Below, in pieces: positions 55,065 through 64,000 of a DNA stretch of 64,000 nucleotides. Source of the DNA: a virus (lineage: Duplodnaviria; Heunggongvirae; Uroviricota; Caudoviricetes); the IMG/VR virus record IMGVR_UViG_3300017565_000001, positions 237,741 to 301,740 of that record, one strand, 5' to 3'. Under the pieces are notes generated by a model. It had not been told where the DNA came from. It searched no databases and was given only the letters and a program-made list of their open reading frames with translations. The position numbers and the translations under genes were made by a program. Each line of letters opens with the position of its first letter. Position 1 is the stretch's first letter.

Positions 55065-55695
55065 ATAGCTCGTCGTATCCGCTGAGGTCAAGGTCGCCAG
55101 CTTTAAGCGTCTTGCGATCGCCAATAAGAACTTTTTCAAAGATTTCTTGGCTGGGCGTGTAGCCCATCGCCATGTATTTGCATGTTCGTACGTCGGAAGC
55201 ATTCCTTTCTCCTGCTGAATATTCTGGAGTAAACGCAAGTTTATTGTCATGATGATCTATCAGAGCTGACAGTGGGTAGCTGATCTTTTGATTTTTATAT
55301 GCGAATTGGCAAACAGTGAAATCAAAAGAACTCAAAAGAGATTCCACAGAATCATGCCATTCTTTGTCGATCAACTGAATGTACAAGCTCTCACCAGGAA
55401 GCTTCACCAATTGATTGTGTTTGGTGAGGGTGAACGATGCGCAATTGGGGTGGCGAGATACGTGAATGTTATTCGCCATCATGTATTCCACGGCACGAGT
55501 AAATTCAGATTTGTTCTTGAAGAACACGTCGTAATCTGACGTTCCCAAAGGTTCACTCACCAGGGCTTTTCTGACACTGCCACCGGCAATCATGATGTCC
55601 ATATTGGGAAACAACTGCTCTTCGATTACGATGAAACCCTTCACGATTTCTGAATGAAGTGGTGCTGGGACTGTTGTTAGATTTGTTTTGTCCAT
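55051..55695 (-). CDS. CCA-adding/poly(A) polymerase-like nucleotidyltransferase (head domain)
   Basis: IAGGSVR, DYDVFF, IQLI, FDFTVCQFAY. Confidence 0.75.
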   Translation of the reverse strand: MDKTNLTTVPAPLHSEIVKGFIVIEEQLFPNMDIMIAGGSVRKALVSEPLGTSDYDVFFKNKSEFTRAVEYMMANNIHVSRHPNCASFTLTKHNQLVKLPGESLYIQLIDKEWHDSVESLLSSFDFTVCQFAYKNQKISYPLSALIDHHDNKLAFTPEYSAGERNASDVRTCKYMAMGYTPSQEIFEKVLIGDRKTLKAGDLDLSGYDELYGEL

Positions 55696-55770
55696 ACCAC
55701 CAATTCTTTGATAACCGGCCAATACTGTCAATATTTCATAAATATTCAAATACGGTATTGGGACGAAAGA

Positions 55771-56184
55771 ATGAGTAAATCAAGCATCCTCATGTTGCCA
55801 AGCACTCAAGGTTCATTCAATTTGACCGGTGAAAAAGTACGAGCTGACGGCTGGTATGGCTTCTCCGATGGGCTGCACACAGTAGCCATCTACTTGAACA
55901 ACTTTAGAGGCAGATTGGTATTTGAAGCAAGCATCGCAACAGATCCACAAGATGGGGACTGGTTCCCTATTGAAATGTCCGGTGCATCTTACCTGCAGTT
56001 TCCACGTGACGTCATGAATCCAACTGGTGATATTGGTGACACAGGAACTATTGGCATGAATATAACGGGTAGTTTCATATGGTTAAGGGCGAGAGTTGAC
56101 CGTTCTTACATCGTACCAGCACCAGTAGATGATATGGGTATCGCCGCGTATGGCTACGTGGACCGTATCCTGCTAAACAATTGA
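55771..56184 (+). CDS. virion-associated hypothetical protein
   Basis: First gene after CATAAATA in the structural operon. Confidence 0.7.
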   Translation: MSKSSILMLPSTQGSFNLTGEKVRADGWYGFSDGLHTVAIYLNNFRGRLVFEASIATDPQDGDWFPIEMSGASYLQFPRDVMNPTGDIGDTGTIGMNITGSFIWLRARVDRSYIVPAPVDDMGIAAYGYVDRILLNN

Positions 56185-56197
56185 CCGGAGAAGTCGA

Positions 56198-59100
56198 ATG
56201 CCAAAAGTAACTGATAGCAGAATCAAGCCAGGTGACGGCGAGATTGTGTTTCAAACCTCTAATACTGACAACACCGCCACCGCTACTGGCCTGGTGGGTG
56301 GTGATGATACGTCCGATGGTGGTTCATCCAACAATTCCCTTAAGATAAGCGGAAACAACTTGGGTGAAGGGTTTGGCATTTATGCCGGCACCAACGGTTC
56401 ATCCAAGATCGTCATTGACTACCGTTCGCTGGTAGCTGGTGAAGGTGTTGTCATGAGTGGTGATGCTCACACCATCACAATCTCGTCGCCTGCAAATAGT
56501 AGCCGTCCCAACCTGGATGATCTCCCCGGTTCGGTATCGGTTATTCAAGGTGGTACTGGTGTAACTACCATCCCCCTAAATGGAATCATGTTTGGTAACG
56601 GGACTGGTCCTGTCCAAACAATTGATTTGCCAACCACAGCCGATCGTTTGCTGTCATGGGATGGTTCTCGATATAAGTGGATTCCAACGCCAGAATCCGT
56701 TACCCCAACAACCACGAGTGTGGTATCAAGTGATCCTTTGATTACTTCGGTATTGAGCACTGACGGTTCGGGTAACCGTACGTACACGTTGGATTTCAAA
56801 GAAAATGAAGTAGCCATCAACAACTTGACTGGTACACTAGCTGTCACAAAGGGTGGTACTGGTAAGACGTCCTTCACCGCCAATGCTCTGGTCGTCGGTG
56901 ACGGAACTGCTGCTCTAAAGAATGCCCCTGTACCATCTGCCGCCGGTCAATATTTGAACTGGAACGGTACCGCTTATGCTTGGGGAACGGTTGGTACCGT
57001 AACAAGCGTGGGTATGACTGCTGGATCGTCGAAGGTCACAGTAACTGGCGGTCCCGTTACTGGGTCTGGTGCTTTCACAGTTGACGTTAACCCAGGTGCT
57101 ATTGCTCTTGGTGATTTGTCTGGTACTCTGGCTGTTGCCAAGGGTGGTACCGGCCTGACTGCTCTGGGTGCTGCTGGTACGTATCTGCGCGTCAACTCTG
57201 CTGGAACGGGATTTGAATTTGGTGCTGTTTCTGGTGGTAGTGGTGGTACGGTAACGAGCGTAGGTGTTACTGCTGGTTCCAACAAGGTTACCGTAACTGG
57301 TGGCCCTGTTACGACGTCTGGTAGCATCACCGTCGACGTAAATGAAGCCAACTTGAGCCTGACTAACATTCCTGGTAGCGTGTCAATTGCCAAGGGTGGT
57401 ACTGGATTGTCGGCTGTTGGTACTCCTTATCAAGTGCTGCGTACGAATGCAGGCGGAACAGGACTGGAATATTTCACCCTGTCTCTGGCCGACGTCCCAG
57501 GCTTGGCTGATGTCGCAACAAGCGGTGATTACAATGACTTGTCCAACAAGCCATTCCTTGCTCCTATCGCATCATCCGCGCAGTATTCTGATTTGATTGG
57601 TGCCCCCGCTCTTGCTCCTGTTGCAACTAGCGGTTCGTATAACGACTTGACTGACAAGCCAGTAACTGGCGGAACAGTAACAAGCGTTGAAGTTCTGGCT
57701 GGTTCCGGTAAGATTTCGGTCTTGGGCTCACCAATTACCTCGTCGGGTTCTATTACTATCGATGTGGCTGAAGGTGGTCTTAATCTGGCCAACATGGGTG
57801 GTATTCTGCCTGCAAGCAAGGGTGGTACTGGTCTGACTTCAACTGTTCAGAACGGTGTGTTGGTTGGTGGCGCTTCAAATACTGCGGCTTTCACGGCTGC
57901 TCCTACCGCGGCTGGTCAAGCACTCACATGGAATGGCACAGCATTTGCTTGGACAAACCCAGGCAATAGCTATGTTCTGCCTACTGCTTCAGCCTCGATC
58001 CTGGGTGGTGTGAAGGTTGGCGTCAACCTGTCCATCAATGGTGATGGTGAACTGAATGGTATCACGGACAACGCTGCTCTGACAAACGGTGCTGGTTATG
58101 CGGTTGCTGCTGATCTGGCGACTATTGCCACTACTGGCCAGTGGGTTGACATTGTGGGTCGTCCCTCGGTGTTCCAAGTGGCTCAAGGTGGTACGGGTAT
58201 TAGTTCGTACACTCCCAACAGTGTGATCTTCGCTGCTTCAGCAAACACACTAGGTCAGACTGCACCAACGGCTGCTGGTCAGGTTCTAAAGTTCAACGGT
58301 ACAACCTTTACATGGGCGACAGAAGCCGCTGCCTATGAGCTGCCTGATGCTTCTACTACTGAAAAGGGTGGTATCATTGTTGGTGGTGGTCTGGTCATCG
58401 AAGACGGCGTCCTGAGCGTCTCCGCTGAGGCCGGTTTGGGTACGGTAACGAGTGTTGGGCTGACTTCAAGCAACAATGCGATCACAGTATCGGGTTCGCC
58501 TGTTACTGGTGCTGGTGCCCTGACTGTCACATTTGTTCCAAGCAATGTTGATCTGGCTGATTTGACTGGTTCTTTGGCTGCTTCAAGCATCACTGGTCTG
58601 GCTCCGGTTGCCATCAGCGGTTCGTATGATGACTTGACTGATAAACCAGTCCTGTTCAGTGGTTCTTATGACGACCTGTCCGACAAGCCATCCTTGTTCG
58701 GCGGTTCGTATACTGACCTCACAAACGTTCCTGACTTTGCCCCTGTTGCAACTAGCGGTTCGTACAATGATCTAACCGATAAGCCAACTGGTCTGACGTA
58801 TTCGGATGCCGACGCCCGTGCAGCAATCAGCGCAACTGGTGACGTTGCTTATGATTCCACAACAGGTGTTATTAGCTATACGGCTCCCGTCCTGTCAGCT
58901 GTTGCCACTTCAGGTGACTATGCTGATTTGACGAACAAACCAACTTTGTTCAGTGGTTCGTATAACGATCTGACCAACAAACCCACGTTGTTCTCAGGCG
59001 ACTACAACGATCTTTCCAACAAGCCAGTTCTGTTCAGTGGTTTGTATGAAGACCTGGAAGGTGCCCCAACAATCCCAACACAGTACACCGATACGTTGGC

Positions 59101-59737
59101 CCGCGCCGCTATCAGTGCTGGTGGTGACTTGACGTATGATGCATCTACTGGCGTTATGAGCTACACTGCTCCAGCTGGTTCTGGTGAAGCTAATACGGCG
59201 TCAAACGTTGGTACTCAGGGTGCTGGTGTATTCAAGCAAAAGAGCGGTGTCGATCTGCAATTCCGCAAGATTGTAGCTGGTACAAACGTCACAGTTACTG
59301 AAGGCGTCGATGAAATCGTTATCAATGCATCAGGTGGTGGTGGCGAAACTCCTACTGGTGGTCTGCAAAGCTTCCAATTCCGCGTTAATTACGAGGAATT
59401 GAGTGGTGGTGACACCATCGAATCCGTGACAAACTTGCCATCGGGTTGGTCGGCTTCTATCGCTTCGAGCAAACAAGATATCACGATTACGCACACGGTT
59501 GGTAAGGTGGTGTTGTTCGCACAGGCTATGGCTTATGACGGTAATACTGGCTATGCTCCGATCATCCTGGGTGCTTTTACAACCGGTATGGTGAAAATTC
59601 CTGGTGTTGGTGGTAACACTTCCGCCACAGCCGTTCCATCCACGTCTCAGGTCACTTTGAAGCTGTCTGCTTCAAACATAAATCCTCTGCAGGACGGTGA
59701 TGGAAACACCCACGCCATCGTAACTCTGGTATTCTAA
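56198..59737 (+). CDS. long repeat-rich tail fibre protein
   Basis: 1179 aa, Gly/Thr/Ser-rich; GTVTSV, xxGGTG and SGxYxDLxxKP repeats. Confidence 0.82.
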   Translation: MPKVTDSRIKPGDGEIVFQTSNTDNTATATGLVGGDDTSDGGSSNNSLKISGNNLGEGFGIYAGTNGSSKIVIDYRSLVAGEGVVMSGDAHTITISSPANSSRPNLDDLPGSVSVIQGGTGVTTIPLNGIMFGNGTGPVQTIDLPTTADRLLSWDGSRYKWIPTPESVTPTTTSVVSSDPLITSVLSTDGSGNRTYTLDFKENEVAINNLTGTLAVTKGGTGKTSFTANALVVGDGTAALKNAPVPSAAGQYLNWNGTAYAWGTVGTVTSVGMTAGSSKVTVTGGPVTGSGAFTVDVNPGAIALGDLSGTLAVAKGGTGLTALGAAGTYLRVNSAGTGFEFGAVSGGSGGTVTSVGVTAGSNKVTVTGGPVTTSGSITVDVNEANLSLTNIPGSVSIAKGGTGLSAVGTPYQVLRTNAGGTGLEYFTLSLADVPGLADVATSGDYNDLSNKPFLAPIASSAQYSDLIGAPALAPVATSGSYNDLTDKPVTGGTVTSVEVLAGSGKISVLGSPITSSGSITIDVAEGGLNLANMGGILPASKGGTGLTSTVQNGVLVGGASNTAAFTAAPTAAGQALTWNGTAFAWTNPGNSYVLPTASASILGGVKVGVNLSINGDGELNGITDNAALTNGAGYAVAADLATIATTGQWVDIVGRPSVFQVAQGGTGISSYTPNSVIFAASANTLGQTAPTAAGQVLKFNGTTFTWATEAAAYELPDASTTEKGGIIVGGGLVIEDGVLSVSAEAGLGTVTSVGLTSSNNAITVSGSPVTGAGALTVTFVPSNVDLADLTGSLAASSITGLAPVAISGSYDDLTDKPVLFSGSYDDLSDKPSLFGGSYTDLTNVPDFAPVATSGSYNDLTDKPTGLTYSDADARAAISATGDVAYDSTTGVISYTAPVLSAVATSGDYADLTNKPTLFSGSYNDLTNKPTLFSGDYNDLSNKPVLFSGLYEDLEGAPTIPTQYTDTLARAAISAGGDLTYDASTGVMSYTAPAGSGEANTASNVGTQGAGVFKQKSGVDLQFRKIVAGTNVTVTEGVDEIVINASGGGGETPTGGLQSFQFRVNYEELSGGDTIESVTNLPSGWSASIASSKQDITITHTVGKVVLFAQAMAYDGNTGYAPIILGAFTTGMVKIPGVGGNTSATAVPSTSQVTLKLSASNINPLQDGDGNTHAIVTLVF

Positions 59738-59738
59738 A

Positions 59739-61733
59739 ATGAACTACACAACCTATCGTTCTATTAACCGCACTACGCCTCCCAAGAACTTGTCCTGCCG
59801 AATCACGGCAGTTCAAGAACTTGAGGCTTGGTACTATGACGATGGGTTGGGAGATCCCTGGTGGGAAATGGGAGCGTCAAAGAAATCGTATAAATTTCAA
59901 GTGACGCTTGCCATTAACCGCACCACCCACAGTTCACACTTGACTCGTAAGCCGTTTGAATACAACGGCTTGGATGTTAGTCAAGGGCTGTGGTTGGGTG
60001 GTCTTTCAACCGCGAAAACGTACAAGATCACTTCAGTCGTAAGCAAAACTGAAACTCAAGTGATTTGTATCATCGAAGACGAAGATCGTCATAACATTTT
60101 CTCAGCTTCTGGTGGTTCCGGTAACGGTACTCCTGGTTCTGAGGACGCTTTGATTTTTGAATTGGGTGATGACGGTTTGCCATCATTCGATCCCCTACCA
60201 ACCATCGCCGTATCAGTGGCCAGCTTGAAAGCTATGATGCAGATGGAAGCGCGTTTCCGTGTTTTCAATGAAAACATTCGTGTCAAATTCTTTCAGTTGA
60301 GTCATGGCTTTCAAGAAAGTGATATTTTGAAACTCAATCCAGATACAGGATTGTTTGAGAAAGCTTCTAGTAGTGACTTTTACACCGTAGGGACTGTGGT
60401 TGACATTGGGCCAGGCCCCAATTACTTCTATCTGACTCCTACTACGAAGTTTATTCAATACATTGAACCAGGGCTGCCTGGACGTGCTGGTGACTTTGTG
60501 TGGGTTGACGAGGAAACTGGTGAGATGACTAGCGTTCGTGGGGCAAACGTGTTCCCAACGTATATTCAGATGACAAACCCACAGCCATGCTTCGTGACTG
60601 GTTCGGTGACGAGTCCTACTATTTCCGTTAATTCTTCGGTTACCGTCAACAAGATTGCACTCACGTTCAACCAAGGACAAACTCTGCAAAACGTGGTTGA
60701 TGCGTTCAACCTGAAGACCCCAGAACACGGGGTCTTCGCCGAAATTGGTTCACCTCGGTTGTCGCTTACTGCACCCGTTAACGTAAACATTGATGCCACA
60801 AACATTGAAAAATACACGTTCAAGATTAACGGTGTGACCCATGAAGTTACTAAGCCTGGCATGTTGTTGGCTTCCAATCCAGCTCGCCTTGGTAACAAAG
60901 ACTTGATGAAGGTTATCAATGAACGCACCCCACAAACAGGTGTAGTAGCGAGCATTGTTGCTAACCGTCTAGTCCTGGAGACTCCAGGTGGCGAAGGGAT
61001 GACATTTGAAAACGTTATTCCCACCACAACCGTGCTCCTTGAGAAGACATTCCTGGATGCTACTGGATTCCAGGCAGTTAATGCTCCTCTTACAGCCAAT
61101 CGCCTGAAACTATCCAGACTTGATGGTGGTGAGATCACAATCACCCAACTTACTGGTAATTTCCTGGCTGACACTGGTGTCTATAGTGTCAACAATGGTA
61201 TGTTGCCGGTCGCTCTAGTTGTTGATAAGAGCATGGTCGCAAACCAAGGCTATAGCGTGCCGGATATGGAATCGCTCGCCATGCTGCAGAACGTCAAGAA
61301 CGGTGATCAAGCATTTGTTCAAGACTGGAACGGTGTTGGTGAGTGGGGTTTCTTTGTGAAGACTGACAATGAGTGGACGAAGGTAAGTGATTACGACAGC
61401 GCTAGAACTGATGCCAGCACTTATGTGGTAGACGTGTTCCCTGATAGTGATGCTTCGTTGACATTGGGTAGAATTTCACCCGGAAGCCGTATTGTTGACG
61501 TTACGATTGTGATCCACCAGGCATTTGACGGTGAATCGCCAGTCATCATGGTGAAGACCATTGGTGGTGAAGTTGTGATGTCAAATGATCTAGTTGATAT
61601 GTCGATGACTGGTGAATTTAAAACCAGCCCATCATACACATATCATGGATTAATGGAAGAAGAGTTGATCGTTGAATTTGACGGGGATAGTTCAACAACA
61701 GGATCGGCTACAGTAGTTGTTTCATACTTGTGA
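59739..61733 (+). CDS. virion structural protein (tail/baseplate-associated)
   Basis: 664 aa in the structural operon. Confidence 0.6.
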   Translation: MNYTTYRSINRTTPPKNLSCRITAVQELEAWYYDDGLGDPWWEMGASKKSYKFQVTLAINRTTHSSHLTRKPFEYNGLDVSQGLWLGGLSTAKTYKITSVVSKTETQVICIIEDEDRHNIFSASGGSGNGTPGSEDALIFELGDDGLPSFDPLPTIAVSVASLKAMMQMEARFRVFNENIRVKFFQLSHGFQESDILKLNPDTGLFEKASSSDFYTVGTVVDIGPGPNYFYLTPTTKFIQYIEPGLPGRAGDFVWVDEETGEMTSVRGANVFPTYIQMTNPQPCFVTGSVTSPTISVNSSVTVNKIALTFNQGQTLQNVVDAFNLKTPEHGVFAEIGSPRLSLTAPVNVNIDATNIEKYTFKINGVTHEVTKPGMLLASNPARLGNKDLMKVINERTPQTGVVASIVANRLVLETPGGEGMTFENVIPTTTVLLEKTFLDATGFQAVNAPLTANRLKLSRLDGGEITITQLTGNFLADTGVYSVNNGMLPVALVVDKSMVANQGYSVPDMESLAMLQNVKNGDQAFVQDWNGVGEWGFFVKTDNEWTKVSDYDSARTDASTYVVDVFPDSDASLTLGRISPGSRIVDVTIVIHQAFDGESPVIMVKTIGGEVVMSNDLVDMSMTGEFKTSPSYTYHGLMEEELIVEFDGDSSTTGSATVVVSYL

Positions 61734-61849
61734 TGTAAAGTTGAAACCACAAATAAGCGACGCATAAACGTGTCGCTTATTTTTTCATAGAAAGCTCATA
61801 AATATTCGTATCTCAGAGATATGAGAATAACAATAGGGGAAAATCCACT

Positions 61850-63529
61850 ATGGCAATTATCAAGAATTTTGGCCTGTCCGGTATCGGTTCAGACGTTCAG
61901 CTAGGTAAGGCTGGGCTGCGTCTGAAGGCCTCCGCGGGAACTCTGTCCCTCCGCAACGCAGCCGACACCGCCAATGCTGGATTGACGGTCGGTTCGCTGC
62001 AAACAGGTGACTTTACTGTCAGTACAGGTGCTACCGTCAATATGGGCGGTAACGTTTTGACTAACATCGGTGATGCTGTTGGCAACACTGATGCTGTCAA
62101 TTATCAACAGATGGCCGCCGCCATCGCCGATGCTGTTGGCGATCTGGACGTAACGGCTCTTCAGACTGAAGTTGATGCTATTGAAACTTCAGTTGGTTTG
62201 AACGCCAATGGTACTCTGGTAGCGTTTGCTGCTGGTGGCTATGCCGAAGGTAAGACTTCCTTCAAGGCTGCTGTAGAAGCTATTGACGCTGCCCTGAAGC
62301 TGGAAGAAACTGCTCGTGCTGATGCTGACGCCCTGTTGCTGCCTCTGGCTGGCGGCACGATGTCAGGTGCCATCGCAATGGGCGGCCAGAAGATCACTGG
62401 CTTGGGTGCTCCATCTGCTAACACTGACGCAGCAACCAAGGCTTATGTTGACTCGGCTATTGCTGGTTTCAGCTGGAAGTTGCCAGTTGACGCCATTGTT
62501 GCTGATCACACAACTGACGCTGAAACTTACGTCACCGGTCAACGTATTGTTGACACCACAGCTGATTCGATCTTCACAGTTCTGACCGATGGTGAAGTTG
62601 GTACACCTGCTACGTTTGATGCTGGTGTTGCTCTTGTACAAGGCGACGCGTTCTTCAACAAAGCCAACAATAACGGTTATGTTTTCAACGGTACCGATAC
62701 AGTTCAATTCACTGGTGGTTCTGCCGTTACTGCTGGTATTGGTCTGACTCTGAACGGTAACCAGCTTGATGTAAACATGGGCGCTGGCGTTACTGTTCTG
62801 CCAGCAGGTGAAGTTGGTCTGGACATTCGTCCTAACAGTGGTTTGTGGTTGACTGAAGATGGTACCACTGCTTCAACCGGTACTGATGCACAACTGGCAA
62901 TCCGCCTGGATGGTTCCACGTTGGTTATGGGCGCAACCGGCCTGAAGTTGGCTGATGCTCTGAACACCAATATTGCCAGTGCTGTTACTGGTCTGGCTTC
63001 CGTCGGTCTGAACACAGACGGTACATTGGTTCCATTCGATGGTACGAACTTCCTTGATGCAGCAACCACGGTTGCTGGTGGTTTGGTCGAAGTTGACACA
63101 GCTTTGGGTCAACTGGGTACGGTCGTTGACACCAAGGTTGACGGTGACTATGTTGATAACGCTATTGCTGCCGCAATCACAGCTGACCTCAACAAAACCA
63201 ACACCTATTCAGTTAGCTTCACTGGTGCATCTGGTTTGGGTCTACCAGCTGGCGCGAATGCAATCAAGGGTCTGATGATTGCTGTGATGGTTACCATCAC
63301 CACACCAAGCACTATGGATTCGGCTTTGACTATCGGAAGCGAATCAACTCCTGACGCCCTGATCACTGTTGATGATGTTGATACTTCAGTAGCTGGTACA
63401 TATTTGGTTCACCCCAATGTGTTGCTGGATCTGACCAACGGCGATATCCTTATTGACTCTGGTGCTGGTAGTACGTTTGCCGGCCGCGTAACGATTCAAT
63501 ACGCTCCTAGCGTCAGCGACCCAGTTTAA
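61850..63529 (+). CDS. fibre-like virion structural protein
   Basis: LPLAGGTMSGAIAMGGQKITGLGAP, DAATKAYVD; late promoter at 61797. Confidence 0.75.
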   Translation: MAIIKNFGLSGIGSDVQLGKAGLRLKASAGTLSLRNAADTANAGLTVGSLQTGDFTVSTGATVNMGGNVLTNIGDAVGNTDAVNYQQMAAAIADAVGDLDVTALQTEVDAIETSVGLNANGTLVAFAAGGYAEGKTSFKAAVEAIDAALKLEETARADADALLLPLAGGTMSGAIAMGGQKITGLGAPSANTDAATKAYVDSAIAGFSWKLPVDAIVADHTTDAETYVTGQRIVDTTADSIFTVLTDGEVGTPATFDAGVALVQGDAFFNKANNNGYVFNGTDTVQFTGGSAVTAGIGLTLNGNQLDVNMGAGVTVLPAGEVGLDIRPNSGLWLTEDGTTASTGTDAQLAIRLDGSTLVMGATGLKLADALNTNIASAVTGLASVGLNTDGTLVPFDGTNFLDAATTVAGGLVEVDTALGQLGTVVDTKVDGDYVDNAIAAAITADLNKTNTYSVSFTGASGLGLPAGANAIKGLMIAVMVTITTPSTMDSALTIGSESTPDALITVDDVDTSVAGTYLVHPNVLLDLTNGDILIDSGAGSTFAGRVTIQYAPSVSDPV

Positions 63530-63577
63530 GTATTAACTCCCCACGAATGATTTCGTGGGGATTTCACGGAGAAGAAT

Positions 63578-64000
63578 ATGGCAGAAATTCGTAATTTCAG
63601 TTTGGTTGGTGTTGCCCCCAGCCTACAATTTGGTAAAGGCGGTGTACGTCTGGTCCAAGGCGAAGGTACCATGGCCCTTATGGATGCCGCCGGTACCGAC
63701 TTTGCTTCACTGCAAATTGGTGATGCACTGGGTGCCAACTATGCAGTGCCACGCTCGTATGTTGATCAGACGATTCTTAATCAACAGATTAAGAAATCAG
63801 TCGATGTTGCCACAACGGCAAACATTGACTTGGCAGCTGGCCCACAATCAATTGACGGTGTATCAGTAACTGTCGGCCAACGTGTTTTGGTTAAAAACCA
63901 AACAGTAGCCAGCGAAAACGGCATTTATGTTGTTGGTGAAGGAACATGGACTCGTGCTACTGACGCGAACTCCGACTTCACACTCGCTACCGGCGCCCTG
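63578..64000 (+). CDS. fibre-like virion protein (partial; N-terminus paralogous to 61850-63529)
   Basis: MAEIRNFSLVGVAPSLQFGKGGVRL...IDGVSVTVGQRVLVKNQTVASENGIY...WTRATD; open to the window end. Confidence 0.8.
   Translation, partial: MAEIRNFSLVGVAPSLQFGKGGVRLVQGEGTMALMDAAGTDFASLQIGDALGANYAVPRSYVDQTILNQQIKKSVDVATTANIDLAAGPQSIDGVSVTVGQRVLVKNQTVASENGIYVVGEGTWTRATDANSDFTLATGAL

Noticed and set aside
58610-59060. CRISPR-like or DGR-like periodic repeats
   Set aside because: They are in-frame protein repeats with synonymous variation; there are no unique spacers, cas genes or reverse transcriptase.
1-64000. Genome-wide stop-codon reassignment (UGA to Trp)
   Set aside because: Many genes end in TGA with TGATG/ATGA coupling and long genes are intact under code 11; no suppressor tRNA was seen in the window.

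Overview
64 kb of a jumbo dsDNA tailed phage genome, probably a large myovirus. The host is probably proteobacterial, an inference from the TrpRS, dUTPase and ClpA types and from GC-rich codon use in highly expressed genes. Two converging 'early' arms (+ strand about 3.5-15 kb; - strand about 26-45 kb) are packed with small paralogous ORFs and driven by a conserved sigma70-like promoter carrying a repeated CCAnnTGAA box. They flank a middle/late block: IscA, dUTPase, a DnaE fragment, GroES, clamp loader, PhoH and a holin-like + PAS-PAS gene pair. rIIA/rIIB start the - strand arm. The right end holds tail-fibre-like genes, spanins, DnaJ, peptide deformylase, ClpA and a nucleotidyltransferase; several of these follow T4-like TAAATA late promoters. 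The window is rich in translation and RNA-repair functions: a TROVE/vWA-like protein with structured RNA upstream, an RNA ligase, TrpRS, an RlmN-like radical SAM enzyme, tRNA-CAU and a release factor. The most striking single observation is an RF1-like gene (44937-44266) that the ORF track reports only as a C-terminal fragment, because it has one in-frame UGA at a position that is Trp in RF1 proteins. This suggests readthrough-gated expression. Other highlights are an expanded family of about 20 small proteins sharing a C-terminal F-x-x-x-x-D-A-x-x-F-x-L motif, an output-less PAS sensor translationally coupled to a holin-like gene, and in-frame ATGs at predicted transcription starts. All assignments come from motif recognition by eye; no database searches were run.
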